Shown one piece after another: positions 1-8,551 of a DNA stretch of 64,000 nt. A program made the translations under genes and the position numbers. Below the pieces are notes generated by a model. The model worked only from the letters and a program-made list of their open reading frames with translations, was not told the DNA's origin and ran no database searches. Source of the stretch: an uncultured Clostridia bacterium (GTDB lineage Bacteria; Bacillota; Clostridia; Christensenellales; UBA1242); contig CAJOLU010000001.1 in the NCBI GenBank assembly GCA_905235475.1, positions 38,917 to 102,916 on the forward strand, written 5' to 3'. The first letter of the stretch is position 1; the number at the start of each line of letters is the position of its first letter.

Positions 1-405
1 AAGATTTTCTTCACCTTTTTTCTTTAAATAAACTTCAGATTTTTGTTTTTCGCTATTCCAAACAATTTTAATTGTGTCGCCAGCGGTGGCAATAACTCGT
101 TTAATTATTAATTCATCTTTGTTGTATTCTGAAAAATCAATAATGGCAATATCTTGTCTGCTTATTTTGTGTGTTTTGTTTATGATAACAATATCAAATT
201 TGTTTTCATATTCAGAATAAGTTGCATTTATGGTTGGCTGCATTGATTCTCCAGACACAACTTTTGCTTCGTGATAAAAACACCAAATCATCATTGTGAT
301 TAGCATAAGCAAAAGTAGTGTTCCAGAAATAATGTTGAGATAAGTTGTTATTTTCACAGATTTTTTCTCTATGAGCCTTGCACTTTCTTCATAATCAATT
401 TTCAT
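1..405 (-). CDS. lepB: Signal peptidase I (S26 family), N-terminal part; C-terminus lies beyond the window edge
   Basis: My own reverse-complement translation from the ATG at 405-403: MKIDYEESARLIEKKSVKITTYLNIISGTLLLLMLITMMIWCFYHEAKVVSGESMQPTINATY...LIIKRVIATAGDTIKIVW. It shows a TM anchor plus the catalytic SGESMQPT and KRVIA..GD boxes. Absent from the ORF track because it is open at the window edge. Confidence 0.8.
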   Translation of the reverse strand, partial: MKIDYEESARLIEKKSVKITTYLNIISGTLLLLMLITMMIWCFYHEAKVVSGESMQPTINATYSEYENKFDIVIINKTHKISRQDIAIIDFSEYNKDELIIKRVIATAGDTIKIVWNSEKQKSEVYLKKKGEENL

Positions 406-451
406 TCTATTTCCCTTTATATTAATATATATTAACACAACAAAAGAAAAA

Positions 452-487
452 AAACAAACAAAAAAGGAGTGTTTTGCTCCTTTATTT
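452..487 (-). terminator. Rho-independent terminator downstream of ppa
   Basis: On the - strand: AAGGAG-caaaaca-CTCCTT hairpin followed by a T-run. Confidence 0.5.
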
Positions 488-515
488 GTTATTATTTGTG
501 TTATAAGTTGTTATT

Positions 516-1046
516 TTATGCATCATATTCTGCTTTATAACTATTGATGCTTTGCTCAATAATCTTTTTAGCACTTTCAATGCCTTCAACACCCTTGATT
601 TCTGTTACTTTGTTTTGAAGTTCTTTATATCTCTTGAAGAAGTGGCTCATTTCGTCATAAGTGTGTTGTGGAAGGTCATCCATTGTTTTAACATTCTTGT
701 AGAATGGGTCATCTTTTGCAACGGCAATAATCTTTTCATCCATTTCTCCATCATCAACCATAACAATCATTCCAATAGGCTTACAATCCACCAAAATTCC
801 TGGAATAAAAGCTTCTGATGATAGAACCAAAACATCAAGTGGGTCGCCATCTCCACCAAGAGTTCTTGGAATAAATCCATAGTTTGCAGGGTAAACCATA
901 CTTGTTGATAATAGTCTATCAAACTTGATTAAACCTGTTTCTTTGTCTAGTTCATATTTATTTTTGTCGCCTTTTCCAATTTCAATAAAGGCTGTGAATT
1001 CATCAACTCCAACTCTTTGTGGGTCGATATCATGCCAAATGTTCAT
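516..1046 (-). CDS. ppa: Inorganic pyrophosphatase (family I)
   Basis: 176 aa with typical family I PPase sequence (YPANYGFIP, DGDPLDVLV, KIIAV..DDP). Confidence 0.9.
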   Translation of the reverse strand: MNIWHDIDPQRVGVDEFTAFIEIGKGDKNKYELDKETGLIKFDRLLSTSMVYPANYGFIPRTLGGDGDPLDVLVLSSEAFIPGILVDCKPIGMIVMVDDGEMDEKIIAVAKDDPFYKNVKTMDDLPQHTYDEMSHFFKRYKELQNKVTEIKGVEGIESAKKIIEQSINSYKAEYDA

Positions 1047-1125
1047 AATTTTAACCTCTCTTATTGTTTATGTTTTAGATTATAACACAAATTTTGAGAG
1101 TTTGGCAATCAAAATTGGAAAATAT

Positions 1126-1154
1126 TTGACTTTTTTGTAAAAATGTGGTAAAAT
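1126..1154 (+). promoter_or_regulatory. Sigma-A type promoter for the 1182 gene
   Basis: TTGACT, 17-nt spacer, TGgTAAAAT (extended -10). Confidence 0.5.
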
Positions 1155-1181
1155 TAAAACATAAGATAAGGGGGTTTTGTT

Positions 1182-2912
1182 ATGATATTTCCGTTGTTAA
1201 CATTAGTTTATGTGAGTGCTGTTGCAACTGGTGGTGTTCTTAAAAAAACAGGTGAGAGTGTTACAAAAGCATACTACACCAAGCCAAAGACAATAGAGGG
1301 AAGTCCACAGAATTTTTCATATGTGCAAGACCTTGATGTTGGTGAGGCAACGGGGCAGTTCTTAAGGATTTATAAAAAACCATATTACAATAGATATATG
1401 GCAAGAATTAAAAAATCGGGAATGGCAATGGCGGCAATTACTGATAGGCCAGCAAAAAATGTTTTGGAAGATATGACCAAAAACTCAACATATAGTGATA
1501 GCAAAATAATAGTTACCAATGGTGGTGCGTGTGTTTATGAACTTGTTGACCCAACTCAAACAGACACTTCTGCAAGATATGCTATGACAAGGGATTTGAA
1601 AATCAGTGAGGCTTCTGTTGAACAATTAAAAAAGGTTTTGGATGATGTTGCCTCGGTTGGTGGAACAAAGAATATGCCACTTGGAGCGTTTGTTGTTAAC
1701 ACAACAAAATTTAGCAACATTTATGTTCCAGAGAAAACATCAACCTTTGCTAGAATGAGAATCAGTTATGGCTTGAAACGAAGAAATGTTGTTGGAAATA
1801 ATATTGAGAGCGATGTGATGGCAGATGCAAGGAACATAAGTTTTGAAATTTTTCCTAAATTTTCATCAAACGATTTTGTTTTGAAAAGAACTTCACTGGC
1901 AAGTGTTTTTGACAAAGCATTAGGTATTAAACCACCTAATAATCTTAATGACCCTAAAGATCCACCAAAAACATTTTTGGATAAGTGGCTTCAATCAAGA
2001 TTTATTCCATATATTGGAAGATATGATGCTTCTTATCAGCCTGTTAACAATGAGGGAACAACACCAAAATATAAAAACCCCCCAAAGCTTCGAAACCTTA
2101 TTTGGAGGCATAAAAACACATATGTTGACACATTAAATCAAATTGATGTTATTAGAGATTCACTAGAAAAACTTGTTGGCACTACATTTCTTGATAATAA
2201 CACACGTCAACAAATTGCGCCAGATTATTTGAACGATACTTGTGTTACTCTTTCAACAAAGGGCTTGGAGTTTGTGCCAAAAGGGGCAAGCAAGGCAAAT
2301 ATTTCAGAATTAATGAAGAATAAAAGAAGTGGAACGCAACCAAATCGTGCAGACTATAGTTCAACAGCAGAGTATAATGCTGCCATGGAAGTGTGGAATA
2401 AACAATGCTTCATTAATGGAGATAATTTTAGTGACTTTTTTGTGCCTGTTTTATTGAAGGATTTAAAGGATAAATATGATCAAGAAAAAGCTGCAGCAGC
2501 AAACTCAAACGATGTTGATATTTTAGATATTTTCTATAGGCTTTCACAACCAGCACAAGATTTGTCTTTTGAAGATGTGAATGAAATGGCAATTAGATAT
2601 AATGTGACGGGCAATTCATTGAGTTCTATTGCTATGGATATGAAGGGTGCGGAAGCACAACATATTACCAACGCGAACAACAAGGCTCAACAATTAATGT
2701 TGGAGGAAAGTAAACTAGATAACGATTTTGTTTTGGGTAGGATTAGCGGTTCAGACTACAATACCAAAAAAAGTGAGTTTGTTAAAAAGATTGACGAACT
2801 ACGAACCGAATTGGATAAGCCAATTTCAACAAAAGATTATAAAGAAGTTGGACATAACGCGAAGAATGGACACGAAGTTTTGGAAAGAATTGGTGAAAGA
2901 ACTGCTCCTTAA
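1182..2912 (+). CDS. Hypothetical protein, N-terminal hydrophobic signal/anchor, no recognisable domain
   Basis: 576-aa ORF with an AAGGGGG RBS 8 nt upstream and a terminator downstream. No motif I recognise. Confidence 0.5.
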   Translation: MIFPLLTLVYVSAVATGGVLKKTGESVTKAYYTKPKTIEGSPQNFSYVQDLDVGEATGQFLRIYKKPYYNRYMARIKKSGMAMAAITDRPAKNVLEDMTKNSTYSDSKIIVTNGGACVYELVDPTQTDTSARYAMTRDLKISEASVEQLKKVLDDVASVGGTKNMPLGAFVVNTTKFSNIYVPEKTSTFARMRISYGLKRRNVVGNNIESDVMADARNISFEIFPKFSSNDFVLKRTSLASVFDKALGIKPPNNLNDPKDPPKTFLDKWLQSRFIPYIGRYDASYQPVNNEGTTPKYKNPPKLRNLIWRHKNTYVDTLNQIDVIRDSLEKLVGTTFLDNNTRQQIAPDYLNDTCVTLSTKGLEFVPKGASKANISELMKNKRSGTQPNRADYSSTAEYNAAMEVWNKQCFINGDNFSDFFVPVLLKDLKDKYDQEKAAAANSNDVDILDIFYRLSQPAQDLSFEDVNEMAIRYNVTGNSLSSIAMDMKGAEAQHITNANNKAQQLMLEESKLDNDFVLGRISGSDYNTKKSEFVKKIDELRTELDKPISTKDYKEVGHNAKNGHEVLERIGERTAP

Positions 2913-2955
2913 AATGAGATGGAATAACTATTTAATAAACAAAATTTTAAAAATT

Positions 2956-2989
2956 AGGCAAAATTGGTTGATATTTTGCCTATTTTTTT
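2956..2989 (+). terminator. Rho-independent terminator
   Basis: AGGCAAAAT / ATTTTGCCT 9-bp stem followed by a T-run. Confidence 0.65.
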
Positions 2990-3025
2990 GTTAAAATATA
3001 GGTAGATAAAAAATAGGGGAACAAA

Positions 3026-4180
3026 ATGTCTACAAAAAGGTTGAATAGGTATGAACTTGGGCGATTAACGAGTGCCGATGTGTTAGAAGCTGAAAAAGCT
3101 GATGTTGATGAAGTTGAAATTGAACAAACAAAACCAGTAGAATTGGGCAGAACTGTTAACTATAAGAAACAACATCAAGACTTTTTGAAGAAAGCAAAGT
3201 TTAATGACGAAAACTTTGATATTAACGAAGTTAAAAAAGTTCAAATGCAAGTTTATGCCTCAAATTCAAGTGAAGCATACAATTTGGTATCAAAAAGTTC
3301 ACTTGCTCTAACAATTATGAGTATTGTTTTTGCAATACTTATGTTTGCTGTTGCACTTGTTGTTATTGTTTTTAACACTGTGAGTTATAGCCTTATTAAA
3401 TATGATAGAGGGGATATGACTGGTGTTGTTGAAAAAGGTGATGTGTTAGTGGTTTCACGAACCATTTATTCACTTGAAGTTGATGATATTGTTGTGTATA
3501 AGACAGAATCAAATCTTGAAGTTGTTAGAGTGGTTAAGGAAGTTGGTGACAACATTATTCTAGACACTCCTAATGGAGATGGCTATATAAAAGTTTCGCT
3601 TGCACAGTTTGATGATAAAATCACAGGTGTTGTTAACTCTAAAATGAATGGGTTTGGAGACTTTTTGATTTTCTTATTAAAATATTGGTATTATTTTGTT
3701 GGCGGGTTGTTTGTTTTGTTGATTGCATGTTTTATTGCAAAATTGTTGGTTGATAGGCACTATAATATGCTGCTTATCAAAAAACTTGAAATTGAAAGAG
3801 AAAATATGGAGAAACGCCGTAAATATTTGTCTGACTCAATTTCAAAACTTGAACGAAGCAAGGGAATGCCATATGATAATGTTGGTGCTTTTGGAGATAT
3901 GTTAAATGTTAACAAAACCCCAGACACAAAAAGAGAGAAGAAGATGCAAAAACTTCAAAATCAATTAAAAATGAGGCAACAGAGTCAAATTGAGAACATT
4001 AAGAATTCAAAAGATAAAAATGTGTTAGATGAGCAAAAAGAACAAGAAAAGCAAGTTGTTGAGTTCTTGCGTGAAGAAATTAACACAAATGAAAAGGCAA
4101 GTAAGGCAAAACTTAGCGAAGAAGAGATTGAACGCAGAAGAAAAATTGCGGAAGAAACAAACAAAAATATTGGGCACTAA
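3026..4180 (+). CDS. Membrane protein with a degenerate signal-peptidase-I-like (S26 fold) domain and a Lys/Glu-rich coiled-coil tail
   Basis: 384 aa. Two TM segments flank a region that aligns to the S26 boxes: RGDMTGVVEKGDVLVV vs SGESMQPT..GD, and EVVRVVKEVGDNIIL vs IIKRVIATAGDTIKI. The catalytic Ser and Lys positions are substituted. Confidence 0.5.
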   Translation: MSTKRLNRYELGRLTSADVLEAEKADVDEVEIEQTKPVELGRTVNYKKQHQDFLKKAKFNDENFDINEVKKVQMQVYASNSSEAYNLVSKSSLALTIMSIVFAILMFAVALVVIVFNTVSYSLIKYDRGDMTGVVEKGDVLVVSRTIYSLEVDDIVVYKTESNLEVVRVVKEVGDNIILDTPNGDGYIKVSLAQFDDKITGVVNSKMNGFGDFLIFLLKYWYYFVGGLFVLLIACFIAKLLVDRHYNMLLIKKLEIERENMEKRRKYLSDSISKLERSKGMPYDNVGAFGDMLNVNKTPDTKREKKMQKLQNQLKMRQQSQIENIKNSKDKNVLDEQKEQEKQVVEFLREEINTNEKASKAKLSEEEIERRRKIAEETNKNIGH

Positions 4181-4205
4181 TCAAAAAAAATGTGAGTTTA
4201 AGGAC

Positions 4206-4234
4206 TTGCATTTTTTTTTGTTGTGTGATATAAT
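4206..4234 (+). promoter_or_regulatory. Sigma-A type promoter of the rpsF-ssb-rpsR operon
   Basis: TTGCAT, 17 nt, TGaTATAAT, leaving a ~75-nt leader before rpsF. Confidence 0.5.
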
Positions 4235-4313
4235 GTCTTCCAAGAATTGCAATTTAATTGCCGTTCCTTGCATTATTTTAATAATGCCGTATAGTCCAAA
4301 AGGAGGTTAAACC

Positions 4314-4601
4314 ATGAACAAGTATGAACTTTTATACATCATTTCAAGCAATGCAGATGAAAAGAAAAGAGAAGAAATTATTCAAATGTTTGCTGATATG
4401 GTAACAAAGAGTGGTGGAACTGTTGATTCACTTGAAAAAATTGGAATGAAGAAGTATGCTTACAAGATTCAAGACAAAACAGAAGGATTTTATGTTTTGA
4501 TGAAGTTTACATCAGCTCCAACTCTTCCAAAAGAAATGGAAGCAAAAATGCGTATCACAGAACACTTCGTGCGCAATATGTTTATTCGTTTAGATAAGTA
4601 A
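4314..4601 (+). CDS. rpsF: 30S ribosomal protein S6
   Basis: 95 aa; MNKYELLYII... is a typical S6 N-terminus; classic rpsF-ssb-rpsR gene order. Confidence 0.9.
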   Translation: MNKYELLYIISSNADEKKREEIIQMFADMVTKSGGTVDSLEKIGMKKYAYKIQDKTEGFYVLMKFTSAPTLPKEMEAKMRITEHFVRNMFIRLDK

Positions 4602-4619
4602 TAAAAGAGAGAAAAGATT

Positions 4620-5030
4620 ATGAACAAAGTAGTTTTAATAGGAAATTTAACACACGACCCAGAAATGGTTGTGACAAATAGTGGTATTCCAGTTTGCCAC
4701 TTTTCACTAGCTATCACAAGAAGATACACAAATAGTGAGGGAGTTAGAGAAACTGATTTTATTCCAATTGTGGTTTGGAGAAATCAAGCAGAATCTTGCC
4801 ATAAATATTTGAGAAAAGGCAGCAAAGCTGCTGTTTATGGTAGCCTGCAAATAAGAAACTATGAAACTAAAACAGGAGAAAAAAGATTGGTTGCAGAAGT
4901 TGTTGCCGAAGAAGTTGAATTTGTTGGAAGTAAAATTAGCGGAGAAGATGACGCTGTTGAACTTAAACAAGATGTTGACGATAAAATTGTAACACTTGAA
5001 CCAGTTGATGATGGAGATTTACCATTCTAA
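4620..5030 (+). CDS. ssb: Single-stranded DNA-binding protein
   Basis: OB-fold SSB sequence with an acidic tail ending DDGDLPF. Confidence 0.9.
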   Translation: MNKVVLIGNLTHDPEMVVTNSGIPVCHFSLAITRRYTNSEGVRETDFIPIVVWRNQAESCHKYLRKGSKAAVYGSLQIRNYETKTGEKRLVAEVVAEEVEFVGSKISGEDDAVELKQDVDDKIVTLEPVDDGDLPF

Positions 5031-5051
5031 TATTATAAAAGGAGATAAAAA

Positions 5052-5402
5052 ATGGCTGCAGAAAAACAAGCAAAAGAAGTTAAAGAAAAAGCTGTTGAAC
5101 AACCTGTTGATGCTGAAAAGCCAGCAAAGAAAGTTGCTGAAAAGCCAGTTAAGGCTGCTGAAGGAACTGAAGTTAGAAAACCAAGAAGACCAGCACCAAG
5201 AAGAAAGGTTTGTCAATTTTGTGTTGATAAGGTTGAATATATCGACTACAAAGATGTTCCAAAAATTAGAAAGTATGTGACAGAAAACGGAAAGATTATT
5301 CCAAGCCGTCAAACAGGGACATGTGCAAAACACCAAAGAGATTTAACAACAGCAATTAAAAGAGCTAGATATATGGGATTGCTTCACTACAAAGGTGAAT
5401 AA
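5052..5402 (+). CDS. rpsR: 30S ribosomal protein S18 with a ~40-aa Lys/Ala/Glu-rich N-terminal extension
   Basis: The C-terminal ~75 aa are a typical S18 (CQFC..YIDYKD..LRKY..GKI.PSR.TG.CAKHQR). 116 aa in total. Confidence 0.85.
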   Translation: MAAEKQAKEVKEKAVEQPVDAEKPAKKVAEKPVKAAEGTEVRKPRRPAPRRKVCQFCVDKVEYIDYKDVPKIRKYVTENGKIIPSRQTGTCAKHQRDLTTAIKRARYMGLLHYKGE

Positions 5403-5480
5403 TATATAAAGTAAGTTCTAAAAACTTGCTTTATTTTTTTTTTTATATTATAATCAAAGATAGAATGTTGGGTGGTGCAT

Positions 5481-6428
5481 ATGGAAACAGATTATGATGT
5501 TATAATAATTGGATGTGGTCCAGCTGGAATGACTGCTGCAATTTATGCCAAAAGAGCAGGAATGAAATGCTTAATATTAGAAAAAATGAATCCAGGTGGG
5601 CAAATGGCAATAACACCAATGGTGGAAAACTATACTGGAGTTGAAAAAATTGATGGCATTGGTTTGAGCCAAAAAATGTTTGAACAAGTTAAAAGTTTTG
5701 GTGTTGATGTGGAATTTTTGGAGGCTCACAGTGTTGAGGTTGATGGCAAAATAAAAAAAGTTCAAACAGCAACAAAAACTTTCACCGCCCCTGTGATTGT
5801 TCTTGCAATGGGGGCATCTTCTAGGGCTTTGGGGACACAAGAAGACAAACAGTTTGTTGGTCGTGGGTTAAGTTATTGCGCAGTTTGTGATGGTGCCTTT
5901 TTCAAGGATAAGAAAGTTGCAATTGTTGGGGGCGGAAACACAGCATTAGAAGATATAGAATATATATATAATATTGCAAAAGAGGTTGTGCACATCAACA
6001 GAAGAAGTGAGTTTAGGGCAGATGACACAAACATTCAAAACTATAAAAAGCTTGCGGAACAAGAAAATAGCAAAATTGTTAAGAAATATGGTTATGTGGT
6101 TGAAAAACTTTATGGAAACGCAAAACTGGAAAGTATTGATATAAGAAATCTTGAAACAAACAAGGTGGAGAATATCACGCTTGATGGATTGTTTGTTTCG
6201 ATTGGGAGAGTGCCGCAAACAGAAATATTAAACAAAGAACTCACTCTTGACGATAATGGATATATTGTTGTTAATGAAAATATGCAAACCAGCATAGAGG
6301 GTGTTTATGCGTGTGGCGATATAACACATAAAAGTTTGAGGCAAATTGCAACAGCTGTTGGCGATGGAGCAATTGCTGGAACATATGCAAGTGTTTATGC
6401 AAAAAAAATAAAGGCGGAAAATAGATAG
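5481..6428 (+). CDS. trxB: Thioredoxin-disulfide reductase
   Basis: GCGPAG FAD motif, CAVCDG redox centre, GGGNTA NADPH motif. Start moved to the ATG at 5481, behind a GGGTGG RBS. Confidence 0.9.
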   Translation: METDYDVIIIGCGPAGMTAAIYAKRAGMKCLILEKMNPGGQMAITPMVENYTGVEKIDGIGLSQKMFEQVKSFGVDVEFLEAHSVEVDGKIKKVQTATKTFTAPVIVLAMGASSRALGTQEDKQFVGRGLSYCAVCDGAFFKDKKVAIVGGGNTALEDIEYIYNIAKEVVHINRRSEFRADDTNIQNYKKLAEQENSKIVKKYGYVVEKLYGNAKLESIDIRNLETNKVENITLDGLFVSIGRVPQTEILNKELTLDDNGYIVVNENMQTSIEGVYACGDITHKSLRQIATAVGDGAIAGTYASVYAKKIKAENR

Positions 6429-6431
6429 GAA

Positions 6432-7754
6432 ATGGGTAAAATATTTGGAACTGATGGGGTTCGTGGAGTTGTTGGAGAAAAGATAACAGAAAAATTTGTT
6501 TACGACCTTGCTAAAAGCATTGGGGTTTATTTAAATAAGTATAACGAAAAAAGCAAAGTTTTCTTATGTCATGACACAAGAATTTCTGCTCCAATGATTG
6601 AAAAAACTGTTTGTAGGGGACTTAATGAATTTGGAATTGATGTTGTGTGTGGTGGAATTGTTCCAACACCAGCGGTTCACTATTTAACAAAACTTCACAA
6701 TTTTAGTATGGCAATAATGATAACAGCAAGCCATAACACTTATGAATTTAATGGGCTTAAATTAATCACAAAAGAAGGATATAAATTTAGTGCCGAACAA
6801 GAAGATGAAATAACTGAAATATATGATGAAATTTCAAAATATTATTATGGCGAAACTCTTGGAAAAACTATTTATGATGAAAGTTTAAAATATGATTGGG
6901 CAGATAGTTTAATAAAACTTGTTGATGATGATTTCACTGGAATGAAGGTTGCTTTAGATTGTGCTAATGGGGCAAATTTCTATTTGGCACCTTATGTGTT
7001 TAAAAAATTGGGTGCACAAGTTGTTGCAATTAACGACACAAGCAATGGAGAACTTATTAACCAAGATTGTGGTAGCACGCATTTAGAGCCAATTTCAAAA
7101 CTTACAAAAGAAAATAATTGTATTATGGGCTTTGCTTTTGATGGCGATGCTGACAGAATGAATGCTGTTTATGGTGATGGAAGGCAAATCAGTGGAGAAG
7201 AGTTATTGTTTTTGTGTGCAATGTATTTATATAAAAAACAAAAACTTACAAATAATAAAATAATCACACCATATGTAACAAACTGTGGAATTGATGAGAG
7301 TTTAAAAAAGTTTTCAATAGAAGTTGTTAGATGTGATGTTGGAGGGAAAAGTATACAAAGAAAGATGCTTGAACAAAACATTTCATTTGGCGCAGAAGAT
7401 AATGGGCATATTGTTTGGGGAGATTATAACAAATGCTCCGATGGGCTTTTAACGGCACTATTCTTAACAAAACTCTATAAAGAAGATAACTTTGAAAACT
7501 TGTTAAAGGATTTAAAGCTATTTGAACAACTTAAAATCACGGTTCCAATAACAGAAGAACAGAGAGGAAGATATGTTAATGGTGCCATTAATCAAAAACT
7601 TGAAGAACTGAAATCAACTTTAAAAGAAAATGAAAGAATTATAACAAGATTGAGTGGAACTGAGCCAATTGTTAGAATTGTGGTTGAAGGTGAAAATATT
7701 GAAGGCATTACTGAAACTGGTAAAAAAGTGGAAAGTTTAATAAAGAGTTTATAG
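6432..7754 (+). CDS. glmM: Phosphoglucosamine mutase
   Basis: GTDGVRG N-terminus, TASHN phosphoserine loop, FDGDADR metal loop. Confidence 0.85.
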   Translation: MGKIFGTDGVRGVVGEKITEKFVYDLAKSIGVYLNKYNEKSKVFLCHDTRISAPMIEKTVCRGLNEFGIDVVCGGIVPTPAVHYLTKLHNFSMAIMITASHNTYEFNGLKLITKEGYKFSAEQEDEITEIYDEISKYYYGETLGKTIYDESLKYDWADSLIKLVDDDFTGMKVALDCANGANFYLAPYVFKKLGAQVVAINDTSNGELINQDCGSTHLEPISKLTKENNCIMGFAFDGDADRMNAVYGDGRQISGEELLFLCAMYLYKKQKLTNNKIITPYVTNCGIDESLKKFSIEVVRCDVGGKSIQRKMLEQNISFGAEDNGHIVWGDYNKCSDGLLTALFLTKLYKEDNFENLLKDLKLFEQLKITVPITEEQRGRYVNGAINQKLEELKSTLKENERIITRLSGTEPIVRIVVEGENIEGITETGKKVESLIKSL

Positions 7755-7764
7755 CATATATGAA

Positions 7765-7794
7765 AAAATCAAGAAAAAAATCTTGGTTTTTTTG
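7765..7794 (+). terminator. Rho-independent terminator after glmM
   Basis: ATCAAGA / TCTTGGT stem followed by a T-run. It lies inside the track's 5' extension of the next ORF, which argues against the 7760 start. Confidence 0.55.
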
Positions 7795-7840
7795 TTTATA
7801 TTTATTTTTGTTTGGCAATATTACGAGAGGAGGAAGTAAT

Positions 7841-8110
7841 ATGAATAAGAATGAAATAATAAAAAAAGTATCAAAACAATCCAATTTAACACAAAAAGAA
7901 TGCCTTTTGTGTTTAACAGCACTAAAACAAGTGATGGTTAGTGCTTTTTCTCAAGGAGATGATATTTCTTTTTCAGGTTTTGGACGATTTTATGTGAAAC
8001 ACTACGATAAAAGGAATTCTTTTAACCCGCAAACAGGGCAAATAAACACTCTAAAAGCCCGAAAACTGCCTGTTTTTAAGGTGAGTTCTGTGTTAAAAGG
8101 CAAAATTTAG
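7841..8110 (+). CDS. HU/IHF-family DNA-binding protein, divergent paralog
   Basis: 90 aa from the ATG behind a GAGGAGGA RBS. Carries GFGRF and NPQTGQ arm motifs. Confidence 0.75.
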   Translation: MNKNEIIKKVSKQSNLTQKECLLCLTALKQVMVSAFSQGDDISFSGFGRFYVKHYDKRNSFNPQTGQINTLKARKLPVFKVSSVLKGKI

Positions 8111-8161
8111 GTCAAAAAGTTGAAAAATTTTCATTTTTTTTCTTAAAATGCTTGATTTTGT

Positions 8162-8190
8162 TTGTCAGTATGTGGATTTTGTGCTATAAT
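8162..8190 (+). promoter_or_regulatory. Sigma-A type promoter of hup
   Basis: TTGTCA, 17 nt, TGcTATAAT. Confidence 0.55.
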
Positions 8191-8222
8191 AGAGATAACT
8201 TTAAAAAAGGAGAAATAAAGTT

Positions 8223-8498
8223 ATGAACAAACAAGAGTTTATAGTAGCAGTTGCTGCTGAAGCTGGATTTACACAAGCTGATGTTGCTAAAGTTGTTAAC
8301 GCAGGTCTTGATGTAATCACAGAAGCATTAAAGAAAGGAGATGAAGTTGTTATTACAGGTTTTGGTAAATTTGAAGCTAGAACTCGTAAAGCAAGAAGTG
8401 GAATCAACCCAGCAACAAAGGCTCCAATCACAATTAAGGCTAGCAAAGTTCCTGCATTCAAAGCCGGCAAAGGTTTGAAAGACGCAGTTAATGCTTAA
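8223..8498 (+). CDS. hup: DNA-binding protein HU
   Basis: 91 aa; canonical HU sequence (GFGKFE.R.R.AR.G.NP.T...I.I.ASKVPAFKAGK.LKDAV). Confidence 0.9.
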   Translation: MNKQEFIVAVAAEAGFTQADVAKVVNAGLDVITEALKKGDEVVITGFGKFEARTRKARSGINPATKAPITIKASKVPAFKAGKGLKDAVNA

Positions 8499-8506
8499 TC
8501 ATGACT

Positions 8507-8540
8507 AAAAAGGCTAACATTTATTGTTGGCCTTTTTTAT
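8507..8540 (+). terminator. Rho-independent terminator after hup
   Basis: GGCTAACA / TGTTGGCC stem followed by TTTTTT. Confidence 0.6.
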
Positions 8541-8551
8541 TGGAAAAAATT

